DNA of 64,000 bases from the human T2T-CHM13v2.0 reference genome, Homo sapiens. This document shows positions 32,740 through 48,800 of the stretch, in pieces. The position numbers and the translations under genes were made by a program. Under the pieces are notes generated by a model, which saw only the letters and a list, made by a program, of their open reading frames with translations, was not told the origin of the DNA and searched no databases. The stretch lies in the NCBI RefSeq assembly GCF_009914755.1, contig NC_060938.1; one strand, 5' to 3'. The stretch's first letter is position 1, and the number at the start of each line of letters is the position of its first letter.

Positions 32740-35230
32740 TGTATTAGTCTGTTCTCGCACTGCTATAAAGAACTACCTGAGACTGGGTAATTAAGAAAAG
32801 AGGTTTAATTGACTCAATTCTGCCAGCTGCACAGAAAGCATGGCTGGGGAGGCCTCAGGAAACTTACAGTCATGGTAGAAGGGCAAAGGGGATGCAAGCA
32901 CCTTCTTCACATGGAGGAGCAGGAGAGAGAGAGTGAAGGGGGAGGTGCTACACACTTTTAAACAACCAGATCTTATAAGAACTCACTATCACAAGAACAG
33001 CAAGGGGGAAATCTGCCCCCATGATCCAATCACTTCCCATCAGGTCCCTCTCCCAACACTGGGGATTACAATTCAACATGAGATTTGGATGGGGACACAG
33101 AGCCAAACCATATCATTCTGCCCCTGGCCCCTCTCACATCCCATGTCCTTCTCACATTTCAAAACCAATTATGCCTTCCCAAAAGTCCTTCAAAGTCTTA
33201 ACTCATTCCAACTTTAACTCAAAAGTCCAAGTCCAAAATCTCATCTGAGACAAGGCGAATCTCTTCCACCTATGAGCCTGTAAAATAAAAAACAAGTTAG
33301 TTGCTTCCAAGATGCAATGTGAGTACAGGGATTGGTTAAATGCTCCCATTCCAAAAGGGAGAAATTGGCCAAAACAGGGGCTACAGGCTCTATGCAGGTC
33401 TGAAACCCAGCAGGTCAGTCATTAAATTCCTAAAGCTCCAAAATGATTGATTCTTTTTACTCCATGTCTCACATGCAGGCCATACTGATGCAAAGGGTGG
33501 GTTCCCAAGGCCTTGGGCCGCTCTGCCTCTGTGGCTCTGCAGGGTACAGCACCTGCAGCTGCTTTCACAGCCTGGCATTGAGTGCCTGTCGCTTGTCCAG
33601 GCACATGGTGCAAACTGTTGGTGGATCTACCATTCTGGGTTCTGGCAGATGGGGACACTCTTCTCACAGCTCCACTAGGGCAGTGCCCCAGTGGGGACCG
33701 CGTCTGGAGGCTCCAACCCCACATTTCCCCTTTGCACTGCCCTAGTAGGTTCTCCGTGAGGGCTTCACCCCTGCAGCACACCTCTACCTAGACATGCAGG
33801 CATTTGCATACATCCTCTGAAATCTAGACAGAAGATCCCAAACCTCAATTCTTGACTTCTGTGCACCTACAGGCTGCATGGGAGCCCAGGCTGACTTCTG
33901 CCTGGACATCCAGGTGTTCCCATACATTCTCTGAAATCTAAGTGGAGGCTCCCAACCCTCAACTCTTGTCTTCTGCGTACCCACATGCCCAACACCACGT
34001 GGAACCCACCAAAGCTTGGGGCTTGCACCCTCTGAAGCAATGGCCAGAGCTGTACCTTGGCCCCTTTTAGCCATGGCTGGAGCTGAGAGTGGCGGGGACA
34101 CAGGGTGCCATGGCCTGAGGCTGCACAGAGCAGTGGGGCCCTGGATCTGGCCCACAAAACCATTTTTCCCTCCTAGTCCTCCAGGCCTGTGATGGGGGGT
34201 GCGGCAGTGAAGGTCTCTGAAGTGCCCTGGAGGCATTTTTCCCATTGTCTTGGCTATTAATTAACATTTGGCTCATCTTATGCAAATTTCTGCAGACTTG
34301 ACTTTTTCCCCAGGAAATTTTTTTTGCTGCATAATGAGGCTGCAAAATTTCCAAACTTTTATGCTCTGCTTCCCTTTTAAATGTAAGTTCTAGTTTCAGG
34401 TCATTTCTTTGTTTATGAAAATGAGTATAGGCTTTTAGAAGCAGCCAGGCCACATCTTGAATGCTTTGCTGCTTAGAAATTTCTTCCAGATACCCTAAAT
34501 CATTTCTCTCAAGTTCAAAGTTCCACAGATCTCTAGAGCAGGGACATGATGCCACTGGTCTCTTTGCTAAAGCATAGCAAGAGTGACCTTTACTCCAGTT
34601 CTCAGTAAGTTCCTCATCTCCATCTGACACCACCTCAGCCTGGACTTCACTGTCCATATAACTATCAGCATTTTGGTTACAACCATTCAACAAGTCTCTA
34701 GGAAGTTTCAAACGCTCCCTCATCTTTCTGTTTTCTTCTGAGGCCTCCAAACTGTTCCAACCTCTGCCCGTTACCCACTTCCATCCAAAGTTGCTTCCTT
34801 ATTTTCAGGCATCTTTATTGCACTGCCCCACTTCTCTGGTACCAGTTTTCTGTATTCATTTGTTCTCACACTGCTCTAAAGACATACCTGGAACTGGGTA
34901 ATTTATTGATAATAGACATTTAATTGGCCCATGGTTCTGCAGGCTGTACAGGAAGCATGGCTGGGGAGATCTCAGGAAACTTAGAATCATAGAGAAAGGT
35001 GAAGGGGAAGCAGGTACAATCTTCACATGGTGGAGCAGAAGAGAGAGGGTGAAGGGGGAGGTGCTACATCCTTTTAAACAACCAGATCTAGTGAGAACTC
35101 ACTATCACGAGAACAGCAAGGGGGAATCCACCCCCAGGATCCAATCACCTCCCACCAGGTCCCTCCCCCAACATTAGGGATTACTGTGCAACATGAGATT
35201 TGGGTGGGGACACAGAGCCAAACCATATCA
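32740..35230 (-). mobile_element. Complete MaLR element (MSTA-like): LTR 32740-33115, internal 33116-34850, LTR 34851-35230
   Basis: Two similar LTRs of about 380 bp with TG..CA ends, MaLR internal sequence, 5-bp TSD gcagg/acagg. Confidence 0.92.
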
Positions 35231-35574
35231 ACAGGGTTGTGATTTTGGAGTCAGGGTGCCTTGTAGATGGAGTTTCCTAATTTCGAATTGCTGCCTCTTC
35301 TCTTATTCTTCACCCTGCAGCCATAGGTTTTTTCTCAATGCACCTCTGAGCAGCAGCAGGTGTACGAGGCCTCTAGTCAAGCCTGGATGTGCTCCTGCAG
35401 CTGTCTTGTGAACTTCACCTGTAGCCAGAATCATTGGCCAAGCCCCATGTAGATGCCGTGGGAAAATCATATGTGGCTATCAGCGGATACTGAAAAGGGA
35501 TCCATTTGAGGTTCAGCACCCATTCCTAACTTAAAAGAAGAAATAAAACATGTAAAATAGAAATAGGAAAAAGC

Positions 35575-37142
35575 TACAGTAGTTTTTGCATTGCATGGAG
35601 GGCCAGCATCATAAAAATGGTGGTTCTGCAAGCCGAAACTGTGCAGAGCAATCCTACTGAGAAGCAGCTGCTCCATCACCTGTGAAGCAGTACAGTAAAA
35701 ACTCCCACTGTTTGTTATTGGTTACAAATGTGTAGAGAAATGAAAAGAGCAGTAAAACTAATGTATTTAGCACACTGTGATTTGAAACACTAGAAACATT
35801 GGGATTAAAGCATTTTGTCTCTTTCTAAAGTCCCGTCAATAGTAGTTTAAACAGCACTTGCCGCCACTGCCTCTTCCTACAACTTCCGCTTCTGGGCTTC
35901 TGGCCGAGCATCTTCTCCGGGGCCTGTTGAGTTGCCACGCTCCTTTCTAGTTGGATCGGCTTCCAACACTGTATCATTTGCACATCCCGTGTTGCAAAAT
36001 GCCTCCCAGAGTTCCTTTCATTTGCGGTTTTTTGCTGGCGTCACACCCCCGAGTCTGTCTTCATCCTTCTCGTCACAACTGTTTGCTCATTGTGAAGATT
36101 AATACTGAGTGTCAACTTGATTGGATTGAAGGATGCAGAGTATTGATCCTGGGTGTGTCTGTGAGGGTGTTGCCAAAGGAGACTCACATTGAATCAGCGG
36201 ATTGGGAGAGGCAGACCCACCCTCCATCTGGGTGGGCACCATCTCATCAGCTGCCAGCGTGGCTAAAGTAAAGCAGGCAGAAGAAAGTGGAATGAGAGAG
36301 ACTTACTGTCTTCCAGCCTTCATCTTTCTCCCGTGTTGGATGTTCCAAGTTCTTTAGCTTTTGGGCTCTTGGACTTACACCAGCGGTTTGCCAGGGACTC
36401 TTGGGCCTCTGGTCACAGACAAGGCTGCACTGTTGTCTTCCCTGCTTTGAGGGTTTTGGGACTCGGACTGGCTTCCTGGCTCCTCAGCTTGCAGACGGCC
36501 TATTGTGGGACTTCACCTTGTGATTGTGGGAGTCAATACTCCTTAATAAACTCCCCTTTGTATATACGTACATCCTATTAGTTCTGTCCCTTTAGAGCAC
36601 CTTAATACACTCATTTACGCAGACAGGCTGCCCCCTCTCAGCCTCTCTGGCTGCACCGCTGGAGCCCCTGGTTGGCAGCAGCGTCCACGTTCCCTCCCTC
36701 AGCTGTTTTCTCTGTGACCTCACTTAGGTTTCATTCAAATGTCACTTCCAGGGTTGTCACATTTCATTTCTTTGCTGCATTTTCACCTTTGTGGGTTGGT
36801 TCCCTCTTTCCATTTTCATAAACTGTCGTGTGGGCTTATCACTGGGAGGCAAGGAGGCAACAAACTTTTCTGTGTGAGCTGAATAACAGGTGCTCAGTGA
36901 TCAATTCCTGATGGGCTTTGAAAGAAGTGTCGGGATGGGTTCCTGATCTGATGCACACCTGTGATTTGCACATTTGTGGGTTGAAGAGTTGGCAGCACAG
37001 TTTACTCTTCGTGCGGTTTCTCACGGTTGTATGCCAGGGAGACCGGTACTTGAATTGTGCTGTTGGGGTGGGGGGGCTTTGTTACTGAACTATGGTAACA
37101 GAAATGCGTGCATATCACAGCTGTGTAAAGTAAGGACTACCC
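35575..37142. mobile_element. TcMar-Tigger DNA transposon (MER82-like ends), split by an MLT2 LTR
   Basis: Degenerate inverted termini cagtagtttttgcattgca / tgtgtaaagtaaggactac. Confidence 0.55.
36091..36609 (+). mobile_element. MLT2A-type (HERV-L) solo LTR
   Basis: tgtga..aatactgagtgtcaacttgattggattgaaggatgc...taataca, AATAAA in the R region, perfect TSD ctcat. Confidence 0.9.
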
Positions 37143-37371
37143 ATACTGAAATGTGATGAAAATCAAAAAATAATGGTAAACGTTCTTTTAAGTGGCAAAA
37201 CATTAAAGCCATTTCAGTTAAAATTAGAAACTGGTCAGGGATGTGTACTCTTCCTGTTACTTAACAATCACTTGAAGGCCCGAAATTATAATGAGAAAAG
37301 AAAGATGAAATAACCGACGTAACATTAGACAAGAAGAGAGAAAGCTCTTTTTGCTGCTCTGATGTGTACAC

Positions 37372-37888
37372 GTGTTGAGGATACCCAAGTCCACCCCAGG
37401 TTCAGTAATTCACCAGGACTTGTAGGACTTAGCATGCAGTTGTGCTCATGGGTGAGATTTACTATCGTGAAAGGATGCAGAGAAAATCACAGGGAAAAGA
37501 CACGGGATGAAGTCCAGAGAAAATCAGGTCCTCTGCTGGGGGAGTCACACAGGACATTCTTAGTTTGTCCACAGCATGTTGTGATAATGTGGGTGAAGTG
37601 TGTGTGCCAGGGAAGCTCATCAGAATCTCAGTGCCCATGTTTTTATTGGGGACTGGTCATGTAGGAACCCTCTGCCTAGCATGTGCCAAAATTACAGACT
37701 CCCAGTTCAGTGTAGACCACATTGTTTGTTCAAATAGTTGAGGCACAGTGAGACACCCATGTCAGAGAATGGTGGGAACCCTCCTAAAATTCAGGCTCCC
37801 GGCTGCCAATCAAGGGCCAACTTTGGAAGCAGACCTTTCTAAGGAGTGCAATCTTGGGCTTGCTGTGTGAATTCTTTTTCTGCATAAC
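37372..37888. mobile_element. MER21-like LTR
   Basis: cccaagtccaccccaggttcagtaattcac...aaattcaggctcccggctgccaatcaagggcc. Confidence 0.7.
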
Positions 37889-38247
37889 CTAGAAGACCCC
37901 CTGCTATAATAACATATTTTGCTAAGGCTTCTGGATATAAGCTAAAGATACAAAAGCCATGGGCTTCTCCGCTGTGGCAATAAGAACCTAGCAATGGAGA
38001 AAACATTCTGTGTGGCCAGGCGCGGTGGCTCATGCCTGTAATCCCAGCACTTTGGGAGGCCGAGGTGGGTGGATCACGAGGGCAGGGGATCAAGACCATC
38101 CTGGCTAACACGGTGAAACCCCATCTCTACTAAAAATACAAAAAATTAGCCAGGCGTTGTTGCGGGCACCTGTAGTCCCGGCTACTCGGGAGCCTGAGGC
38201 AGGAGAATGGCGTGAACCTGGGAGGCGGAGCTTGCGGTGAGCCAAGA

Positions 38248-39206
<959 letters not shown>

Positions 39207-39360
39207 AAGATACCCATGTTTGGCGATATAACATTTTAAAAACCTCATATAGCAAAAGATACCATAACCAATCAGTGGATAGGTTAGATTGCATAGATTG
39301 ATGTAAACAACAAAGGGTTAATATGTATACACAAAAACCTTTTTAAAAATTGTCAGGCAA

Positions 39361-39950
<590 letters not shown>

Positions 39951-40491
39951 GAAATAAAATTTTAAAAAATTGTCAGGGAAGAGCACAAGAGTCAAACAGG
40001 AAACCACGACAATGATATGAATAACTGTCCAAATGACTAACACGTGAAAATGCTCAAATTCCTTAGTAGTAAGGGAATCATAAATCAGTGAGCTTTATAG
40101 ACTGGCAAGATTTTAAAAAGAGCTGTATGGCTTGTTGTTGGGGAGGTGGAGGGAAGAAATACTTGCATATTGCTGGTAAATGTATGAAGTCTTAAAGTTT
40201 CTTTTGGAAGTCAATCTGGCAACATCTGGGAAAATTAAAAACAGGCATATCCTTTGACTTAGATATGTCAGGACAACTGTACAGTGTAATAACTGAACAC
40301 TAGAAATGATGAATGTCACACAAAAGGAAACGGTAAACATGTTATAGCAGTCAGTGTCAAGAAATACCGTGCAGCCATGTGAAGAGTGAGGTGAGAGTTA
40401 CAGCTGTTGGCCTGAAAAGATGTCCACAAGATACGGCAAGTGAGAAAGAAAGATGCAAAAGTGTGCATAATATCTTCCTAAAAATCAGTAA

Positions 40492-40785
<294 letters not shown>

Positions 40786-41051
40786 TCAGTAACCAGAAAA
40801 CGCACATAGATGTATCTGTGTAAGTGTGTATGTGCTTGTGCATGTCGGGATGGGATTAAGAGCACAGAGAACAACGTGGAAGGATGTTCTAGATAATGAC
40901 CTCGGTCATCCAAGGTGGGAGATGATGGAACTGGGTGGTAATGAGGGTAAAGGGAGAGAGGGAGCCATGGATAGATGGGAACACGATTATGCCAATGCAT
41001 GCATCTGATCACACTTACTCACCAAAAATACATAAATCCATGAGTTGTTAT

Positions 41052-41535
41052 CTGTGGCAGAATTTATACTGTTTTTCCCCCTTTTCTGTTCTGTAACAGA
41101 ACCTGGTTCTCTTGAGAAGGCAGCAGTGTGTTTACCTACGAGATTACATTTCCCAGCATCTCTTGCAGCTAGGCATGGCCATGTGGCTAGTTCTGACCAA
41201 TGAGATGAAAGCAGGAAGTGGTTAAAGCCTCCTCCCTTAAAAGGGAGACAGGTTACCGCTGGGCCCTTTCATTCCTTTAGATGTCTTCCTGCTTCCCTGG
41301 AGTGCACACATGATGGCTGGTGCTTGAGCAGCCATCTTCAACTTTGAGGGGACCTTAAGAATGGAAACCATTGACAAACAATGGCAGAATCTGGGTTCCT
41401 CTCAACCATAGAGCCATCCCACCAGCCTGGACTGCCTACCTGGAGACTTCTTTTATGTGGGAGAGAAATTAACTTTTTAAAGCCTCTGTTAGGTTTGGTC
41501 TGTGTTATAAGCAGCCATAGTTCCTGTTTAAAACA
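41052..41535 (+). mobile_element. Old MLT1 (I/J/K-like) LTR
   Basis: ttcccagcatctcttgcagctagg..ggccatgtg..gttctgaccaatgagatg. Confidence 0.7.
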
Positions 41536-42093
41536 GTATATACTAAAAAACCCAAGAAGTCAAAAGAATACACATTCAATCACAAAGTGCTAAGCTGCAG
41601 ATGGAGTATTAAAAGTGGGAATTAAGAGACCACAGTAAATGAGGTATCCTAGACCGCATGTGGTCGTGTATATTTGCTTCCAGGCTATTTATTCAGAATT
41701 GCCTAAGCTCAAAGTAACTTAACCAAAACCTACTCTCTACTCTGAAAAGTTCAGGCTTGCTTCCATTTAGAAGCACAGGCAGTATCTCAATAATCGGAAT
41801 TCAGGTAACAAAGCATTTATTAAGCATCTTCTCTCTCCACCATAAAGTAACCACTCTAAGGAAGACAGAAGATGTACATGACCCAGTTCCTGATGCCACG
41901 TTAAGACTCACTGAGAAACTAGGGCACAGTAGCAAATGCTGTAATGAAATACTGGGGCGAGGAAGTACTACGGCCTTTAGGCAGGTTCTTGATTATTCTC
42001 TGGATTCACTTTTGTATTTGGAAGATCTTAGTACATTCATTTGAAAAGTCTTTTTAAGCAAGAGAAAGATGCCATTATAACCTCAGAGAAGTG

Positions 42094-42725
42094 CAGTCGT
42101 GTGTCACTTGACAGGGATACGTTCTGAGAACTGTGCCATTAGGCGATTTTGTTGTGTGAACGTCATGGAGTACACTTAGACAAACCTAGATGGTACAGCG
42201 TATGACACACCTAGGCTATCTGGTGGAGCCTATTCCTCTACTAAGAACCTCTGCAGCATGTGACTACCGAATACTGGAGGCAATTTTGTTTGTTTGTTTG
42301 TTTGTTTTTGAGAGGGAGTCTCGCACTTTTGCCCAGGCTGGAGTGCAGTGGTGCAATCTTGGCTCACTGCAAGATCTGCCTCCTGGGTTCACGCCGTTCT
42401 CCTGCCTCAGCCTCCTGAGTAACTGAGACTACAGGTGCCCACCACCATGCAAGGCTAATTTTTTATATTTTTAGTAGAGACGGGGCTTCACCATGTTAGC
42501 CAGGATGATCTTGATCTCCTGACCTCATGATCCACCCGCCTTGGCCTCCCAAAGTGCTGGGATTACAGGTGTGAGCCACCGTGCCCGGCCTACTGTAGGC
42601 AATTGTAACACATTGGTAAGTATCTAAACATGGAAAAGTACAAGAAAAATATAGTATCATCTTATGGAACCACTGTCCTCTAGGTGGTCTGTTGACCAGA
42701 ATGTCATGATGTGGCACATGGCAGT
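42094..42725 (+). mobile_element. Tigger3a (Golem) split by an antisense AluY-like element (42285-42590)
   Basis: gggatacgttctgagaa..ttaggcgatttt..acaaacctagatggta; Alu TSD tactg(g/t)aggcaatt. Confidence 0.85.
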
Positions 42726-42994
42726 AGTATAATGCGGAAATCTGACTGGCAAAGACTTTAGGGGAGTCTCTCAGGTTAGACTGTGTTTCTGAAGATCTGT
42801 AATTAGAAAGGGGCATAGAATCACTTACATAATATTTTCTGCTTAAATTGTATTTTATAATGAGATCCTTATACGTGGGCTTTAGTAAACCCGTTCAAGA
42901 CTAGGGGATGTTTTTTCCCCTCGTAAATTGAGAAATGTCACTGAGAACAGCACTGCCATCTAGCCCGTTTCTCTCAGAACTGCAGGTTTTGCCT

Positions 42995-43074
42995 CTGCAG
43001 CTTTTGACTTTGTAGGCAAAAGGTGAAGTTTCTCCTGCAGCTTTTGACTTTGTAGGCAAAAGGTGAAGTTTCTC
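42995..43074. repeat. Perfect 40-bp tandem duplication
   Basis: ctgcagcttttgactttgtaggcaaaaggtgaagtttctc x2. Confidence 0.95.
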
Positions 43075-43224
43075 TAAATACTAGCTCGCAAACTATCAAT
43101 AGAAGCAAATACCTGAGAACTGAAGAAAACCCCCAACAATTGGAAACATCGATGAGAAATAATGGCAAGTTAAGAAAGCATAGCTTCTTCCAACTTTGTG
43201 AGGCATATTTAGAAAGAATTTGGA

Positions 43225-43720
<496 letters not shown>

Positions 43721-44049
43721 CTACACATGTAAGCCTGAGTAATATGAACCAATGGAGAAATAAACAAGTTCTAATAACATTCTCAGAGTTTGCTTACAAG
43801 AAAAAGAGTTTGGAGAACTGTTAGATTAAGAGTTTTGTTGTTACTGCTCATTTAGGTTCATTGTAACAACTTTTGATTTGGGATGGTATAAGACTAAAGG
43901 ATAGTTTAGGGTAAGAAATAGAACTTCAGCATTGATAGTCTGTGTTCCCTCCTCCTTTTTTCACATAGCTGTAGATTAGAGATTCTTGTTTCCCCTTTAA
44001 AATTGTTTGAGGCATAATTTGCAGAGAAATGTACAGATCTGAATTATAG

Positions 44050-44476
<427 letters not shown>

Positions 44477-44624
44477 TAGTTTTGATTGTTGTAAAAGTTC
44501 ATGTAAATGGAATCCTACAGTATGTAATGTTTTGTATCAGGCTGCTTTTGCTCAATATAATGTTTGTTTGAGGTTTATTTATGTTATAGCAGCACAAAAC
44601 AGACCAAGATACACGTTTAAGTCA

Positions 44625-45051
<427 letters not shown>

Positions 45052-45218
45052 TTACCTATTATGAATAAAATTTCTGTGAACAAGTCTGTAGATAGATTTT
45101 TGTTTCTCTTGGGTAAATACCGAGGAGTTGTGGGATTACTGGGTCATTGAGCAGGTGGTCGTTTAATCTTGTAAGAAACTACCAAATTTTCTAAAGCGGT
45201 TGTAATACTTACATTCCG

Positions 45219-45665
45219 TGCTAGTTGGAGCTTTTCTCTCTCAGCCCTCAATCCATCCTTCTTTCGTCTGGCGTCCTGGAGCTAGACTGTAAACATTTCT
45301 TCTTTCCCAGCTGATGCAATGTTAGGCGTTGCCGGCAGAGGGCACTGGAGGGACACTGCAGGAGGAGCGGAACTACTCTTCCTGTTTCTGGTGCTGCTTG
45401 CCAGCAGGTGGCCTCCCAGCACCTCTCAGCAATAAGCAGTTTCCTGCCTCCAGGCCCAGCCTTTGCACCTCTGGCCATTCCGTGGCCTCAGCCACTCTCT
45501 CTCCGAAGAGGTCTGAGTCTCATTCTGGGTGTGGGAGCAGGGCTGTTCCAAGTTTCTTCCTCCCATGGGTGTTGTCCTTGATCCTAGAGGCTGCTGCACA
45601 TCTTCTCTTCCTATGTTCTTTAGACATGTTTCTGCCCTTCTCAGTAGTTAATTCCCTTTAACTGA
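45219..45665. mobile_element. Old ERVL-class LTR (LTR33/LTR16-like)
   Basis: gcagagggcactggaggga motif; interrupts L1. Confidence 0.45.
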
Positions 45666-45669
45666 ACAT

Positions 45670-45900
45670 TTATTTTTATTTTTTTAGCGACAGGGTCTTG
45701 CTCTGTCGCCCAGGCTGGAGTCCAGTGGTGTGATTCACTTCCTGGGTTCAAGCGATCCTCCTGCCTCAGCCCCCTGAGTAGCTGGGACCACAGGTGTGCA
45801 CCACCACACCCAGCTAGTTTTTAATTTTTGTAGAGAAAAATTTTCTCTGCCTTGGCCTCCTGGTGCTAAGTTTACAGGCATGAGCCACCACACCTGGTCC
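45670..45900 (-). mobile_element. Internally deleted AluJ
   Basis: Antisense Alu pieces. Confidence 0.75.
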
Positions 45901-46314
45901 CCTAATTTTTTGTGTTAAAATTTGCCCATATCTTCCTTTGTGAAGTATCTGCTTAAATCTTGTGCCCCGTTTGGGGGGAGTTGTTTGTATTTTTATTGAG
46001 TTGTAGGAGTTCTTTTGTGAGAATGCAAATCCTTTGTCTGGTATATGTCTTGTGAACATTTTCTTCTAGTCTATCCTTGCCTGCTCACTTTTTTTATTGT
46101 GGTAGAAAACATAAAAATGTACCATCTTAACTATTTTTAAGTGCACCGTTCAGTCGTGCACCGTTAAGTATATTCACATTGTTGTGAAAGGGATCCTGGA
46201 ACTTTTTCATCTTGCACATCTGAAACTCTGCACCTATGAAGCAACTTCTCAGTCCCTCCTCTTCTCAGCCCTGGCAACCATCATTCCACTTCTGTTTCTA
46301 TATGTTTGGCTCCT

Positions 46315-46686
46315 CATAGAGTCAGTCTGTTTTGTGCTGCTGTAACAGAATACCTGAGACTGGGTAATTTATAAACGACAGATTTATTTCTCACAGTTCT
46401 GGAGGCTGGGAAGTCCAAGATCAAGGAGCTGGCATCTGGCGTCTGGTGAGGATCTGGGCTTCTGCTTGCAAGATGGCACCTTGAAGTCTGTGTTCTCATG
46501 TGGCAGACGGGTAAAAAAGACCAAACTCCCTCAGTTAGGTCGTTTTATAGTGGCATTAACTCATTCACGAGGGCACACCCTCATGACCTAAACATCTCCT
46601 AAAAGGCCCCACTTCCAAACACAGTTGCATTGGGGATTAAGTTTCCAACAAGTGAGTTTTGGGGGATACATTCAGACCTCAGCATC
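46315..46686 (-). mobile_element. MST/MLT1A-type LTR
   Basis: acagaatacctgagactgggtaattt...gttctggaggctgggaagtccaagatcaagg. Confidence 0.85.
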
Positions 46687-46879
46687 TAGTACCCCATATA
46701 AGTGGGATCCTATTGATAGAAGGTCTCTGATTTACGAAGTTTGAACTAAATGATTTTTTGACTTATGATGGGTTTATTAGAACATAATCCCATTGCAAAC
46801 ATCTGTATTTGTCTTTCTGTGATTGGCTTATTTCACTTAGCATACCCTATGTTGTAGCCTGTGGCAGGATTTCCTTCCT

Positions 46880-47182
<303 letters not shown>

Positions 47183-48529
47183 GATTTCCTTCCTTTTCTA
47201 TGGAGATACCACTTTGCTTATCCACTCATCTGTGGATGCACACAGGTTGCTTCCACCTCTTGGCTTTTGTGAGCAGTACTGTTATGAACGTGGGTGTGCA
47301 AACATCTTTTTGAGACCTTCCTTTCCAATCTTTGGTCTCTGTTCTCAAATGGAATTGCTGGACGCTATGGTAGTTCTAATTTTAATTTATTGAGAAGCCT
47401 CTACTGTTTCCCATAGTGGCTGTATCATTTTATAACCCCACCAGCAGTGCACCAGAATTCCAATGTCTCCACATCCTTGCAAACACTTATTTTCTGTTTT
47501 TTTTTTTTTTTTGATAGTAGCCATCCCAAAGGGTGAGTGGGGACACCACGTGGCTTTGCTTTGCATGTCCCTGATAATTAGTGATGTTGAGCATTTCTCG
47601 TATGCTTCTTGGCCAAGTGTATATCATCTTTGGAGAAATGTCTATTCAAGTCCTTTGCCCTTATTTATTTATGAGACGGGCTCGGTCTATTACCAGGCTG
47701 GAGTGCAGTGGTGCGATCATAGCTCATAGAGTGACCCTTCAGTGCTTTCCCACACTCCCCTGGGGTCCAACCTTCTGCCGAAGATGCCCCAGCTCTCTGC
47801 AGTTCCCTGCCCAGGCCCCAAGACTCCTTTCCCTGTCGGAAAGTTTCTTAGGCTTCCTCTCTCTGGGGTCCCCACACACCTCTGTTCCCCTCCAGCACAC
47901 TGGCCCAGGCCGGGCCAGCCTGCTTCAACACAGTGTCAGGAACTCCTGTGGTGTCCACAAGCCCAGTGCCAGCGCTTGCCTGCCGTGGGACGCACTGTGT
48001 GCCTCAGGCCCCTCACTCGCCAAATAGGACAGTTATCCTCTGCCTCGGTGTGGTCACAGGGGTGAAATGTGCCTGGATTTGCAGGGTGGCTGCAACAGCG
48101 CCTGGCCCATAGGCAGTACCATGAAGACTCACAGTGTAGGGCAACAGACGACGCCTGAGCGGCTGAAGAAGGTGGGCTCCCAGGGCCTCCCTGCCCAGGC
48201 CTGCTGCCACGGCCAGAACCCAGGGGGGCACCGTGTACCTCGCCAGTGGCCTCAGCACTGCGCCTTGCCTCCAGGAGTCTTGGCTTGTTTGTGTGGAGCT
48301 GGGGACTGGGAGAGCAGAGCTTGTGACCTGAGGCCCCCCAGCCTCAGGGTGGAGGTGACCACCCTGGACCAAGGCCTGCCCCAGTTAGTGGCTGAGGACA
48401 GACAGGAGTACGTGTGGCATTCCTGCGGCCCCTTGCTCGGCACCCAGGCACTTCCTCCTGCCCCTCTGCCTCTGGAAGGCCAGCCATGGCATGGCCACGG
48501 GGGCCTGCCACCTGGCACCTCCCCAACAC

Positions 48530-48800
48530 AATACATAAATGAGTGGGTGTGGCTGTTCCAAGAAAACTGTGTTTACACACACAGGTGCGCCAGGCCTGGC
48601 CGTCGAGCCCTGGTTTGCCGGCCTTTGTTCGAGACCAGTGGTTCCCAAATGTGCACCTGTATCAGCATCACCCAGAGCGGGGTCAGAGTCTGGACTCCTG
48701 GGCCCCACGCGGAGTTGTTGTCAGGGGCCTGGGCTTTGCATTTCCACAGGTTCCAGGTGCTGCTGCTGGAGCGGAGGCCACGCTCTGAGCACCCTGCTCT
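48530..48800. mobile_element. MER58 fragment plus MER5A
   Basis: gggtgtggctgttccaagaaaact; cagtggttcccaaa...ctctgagcaccctgctcta. Confidence 0.6.
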
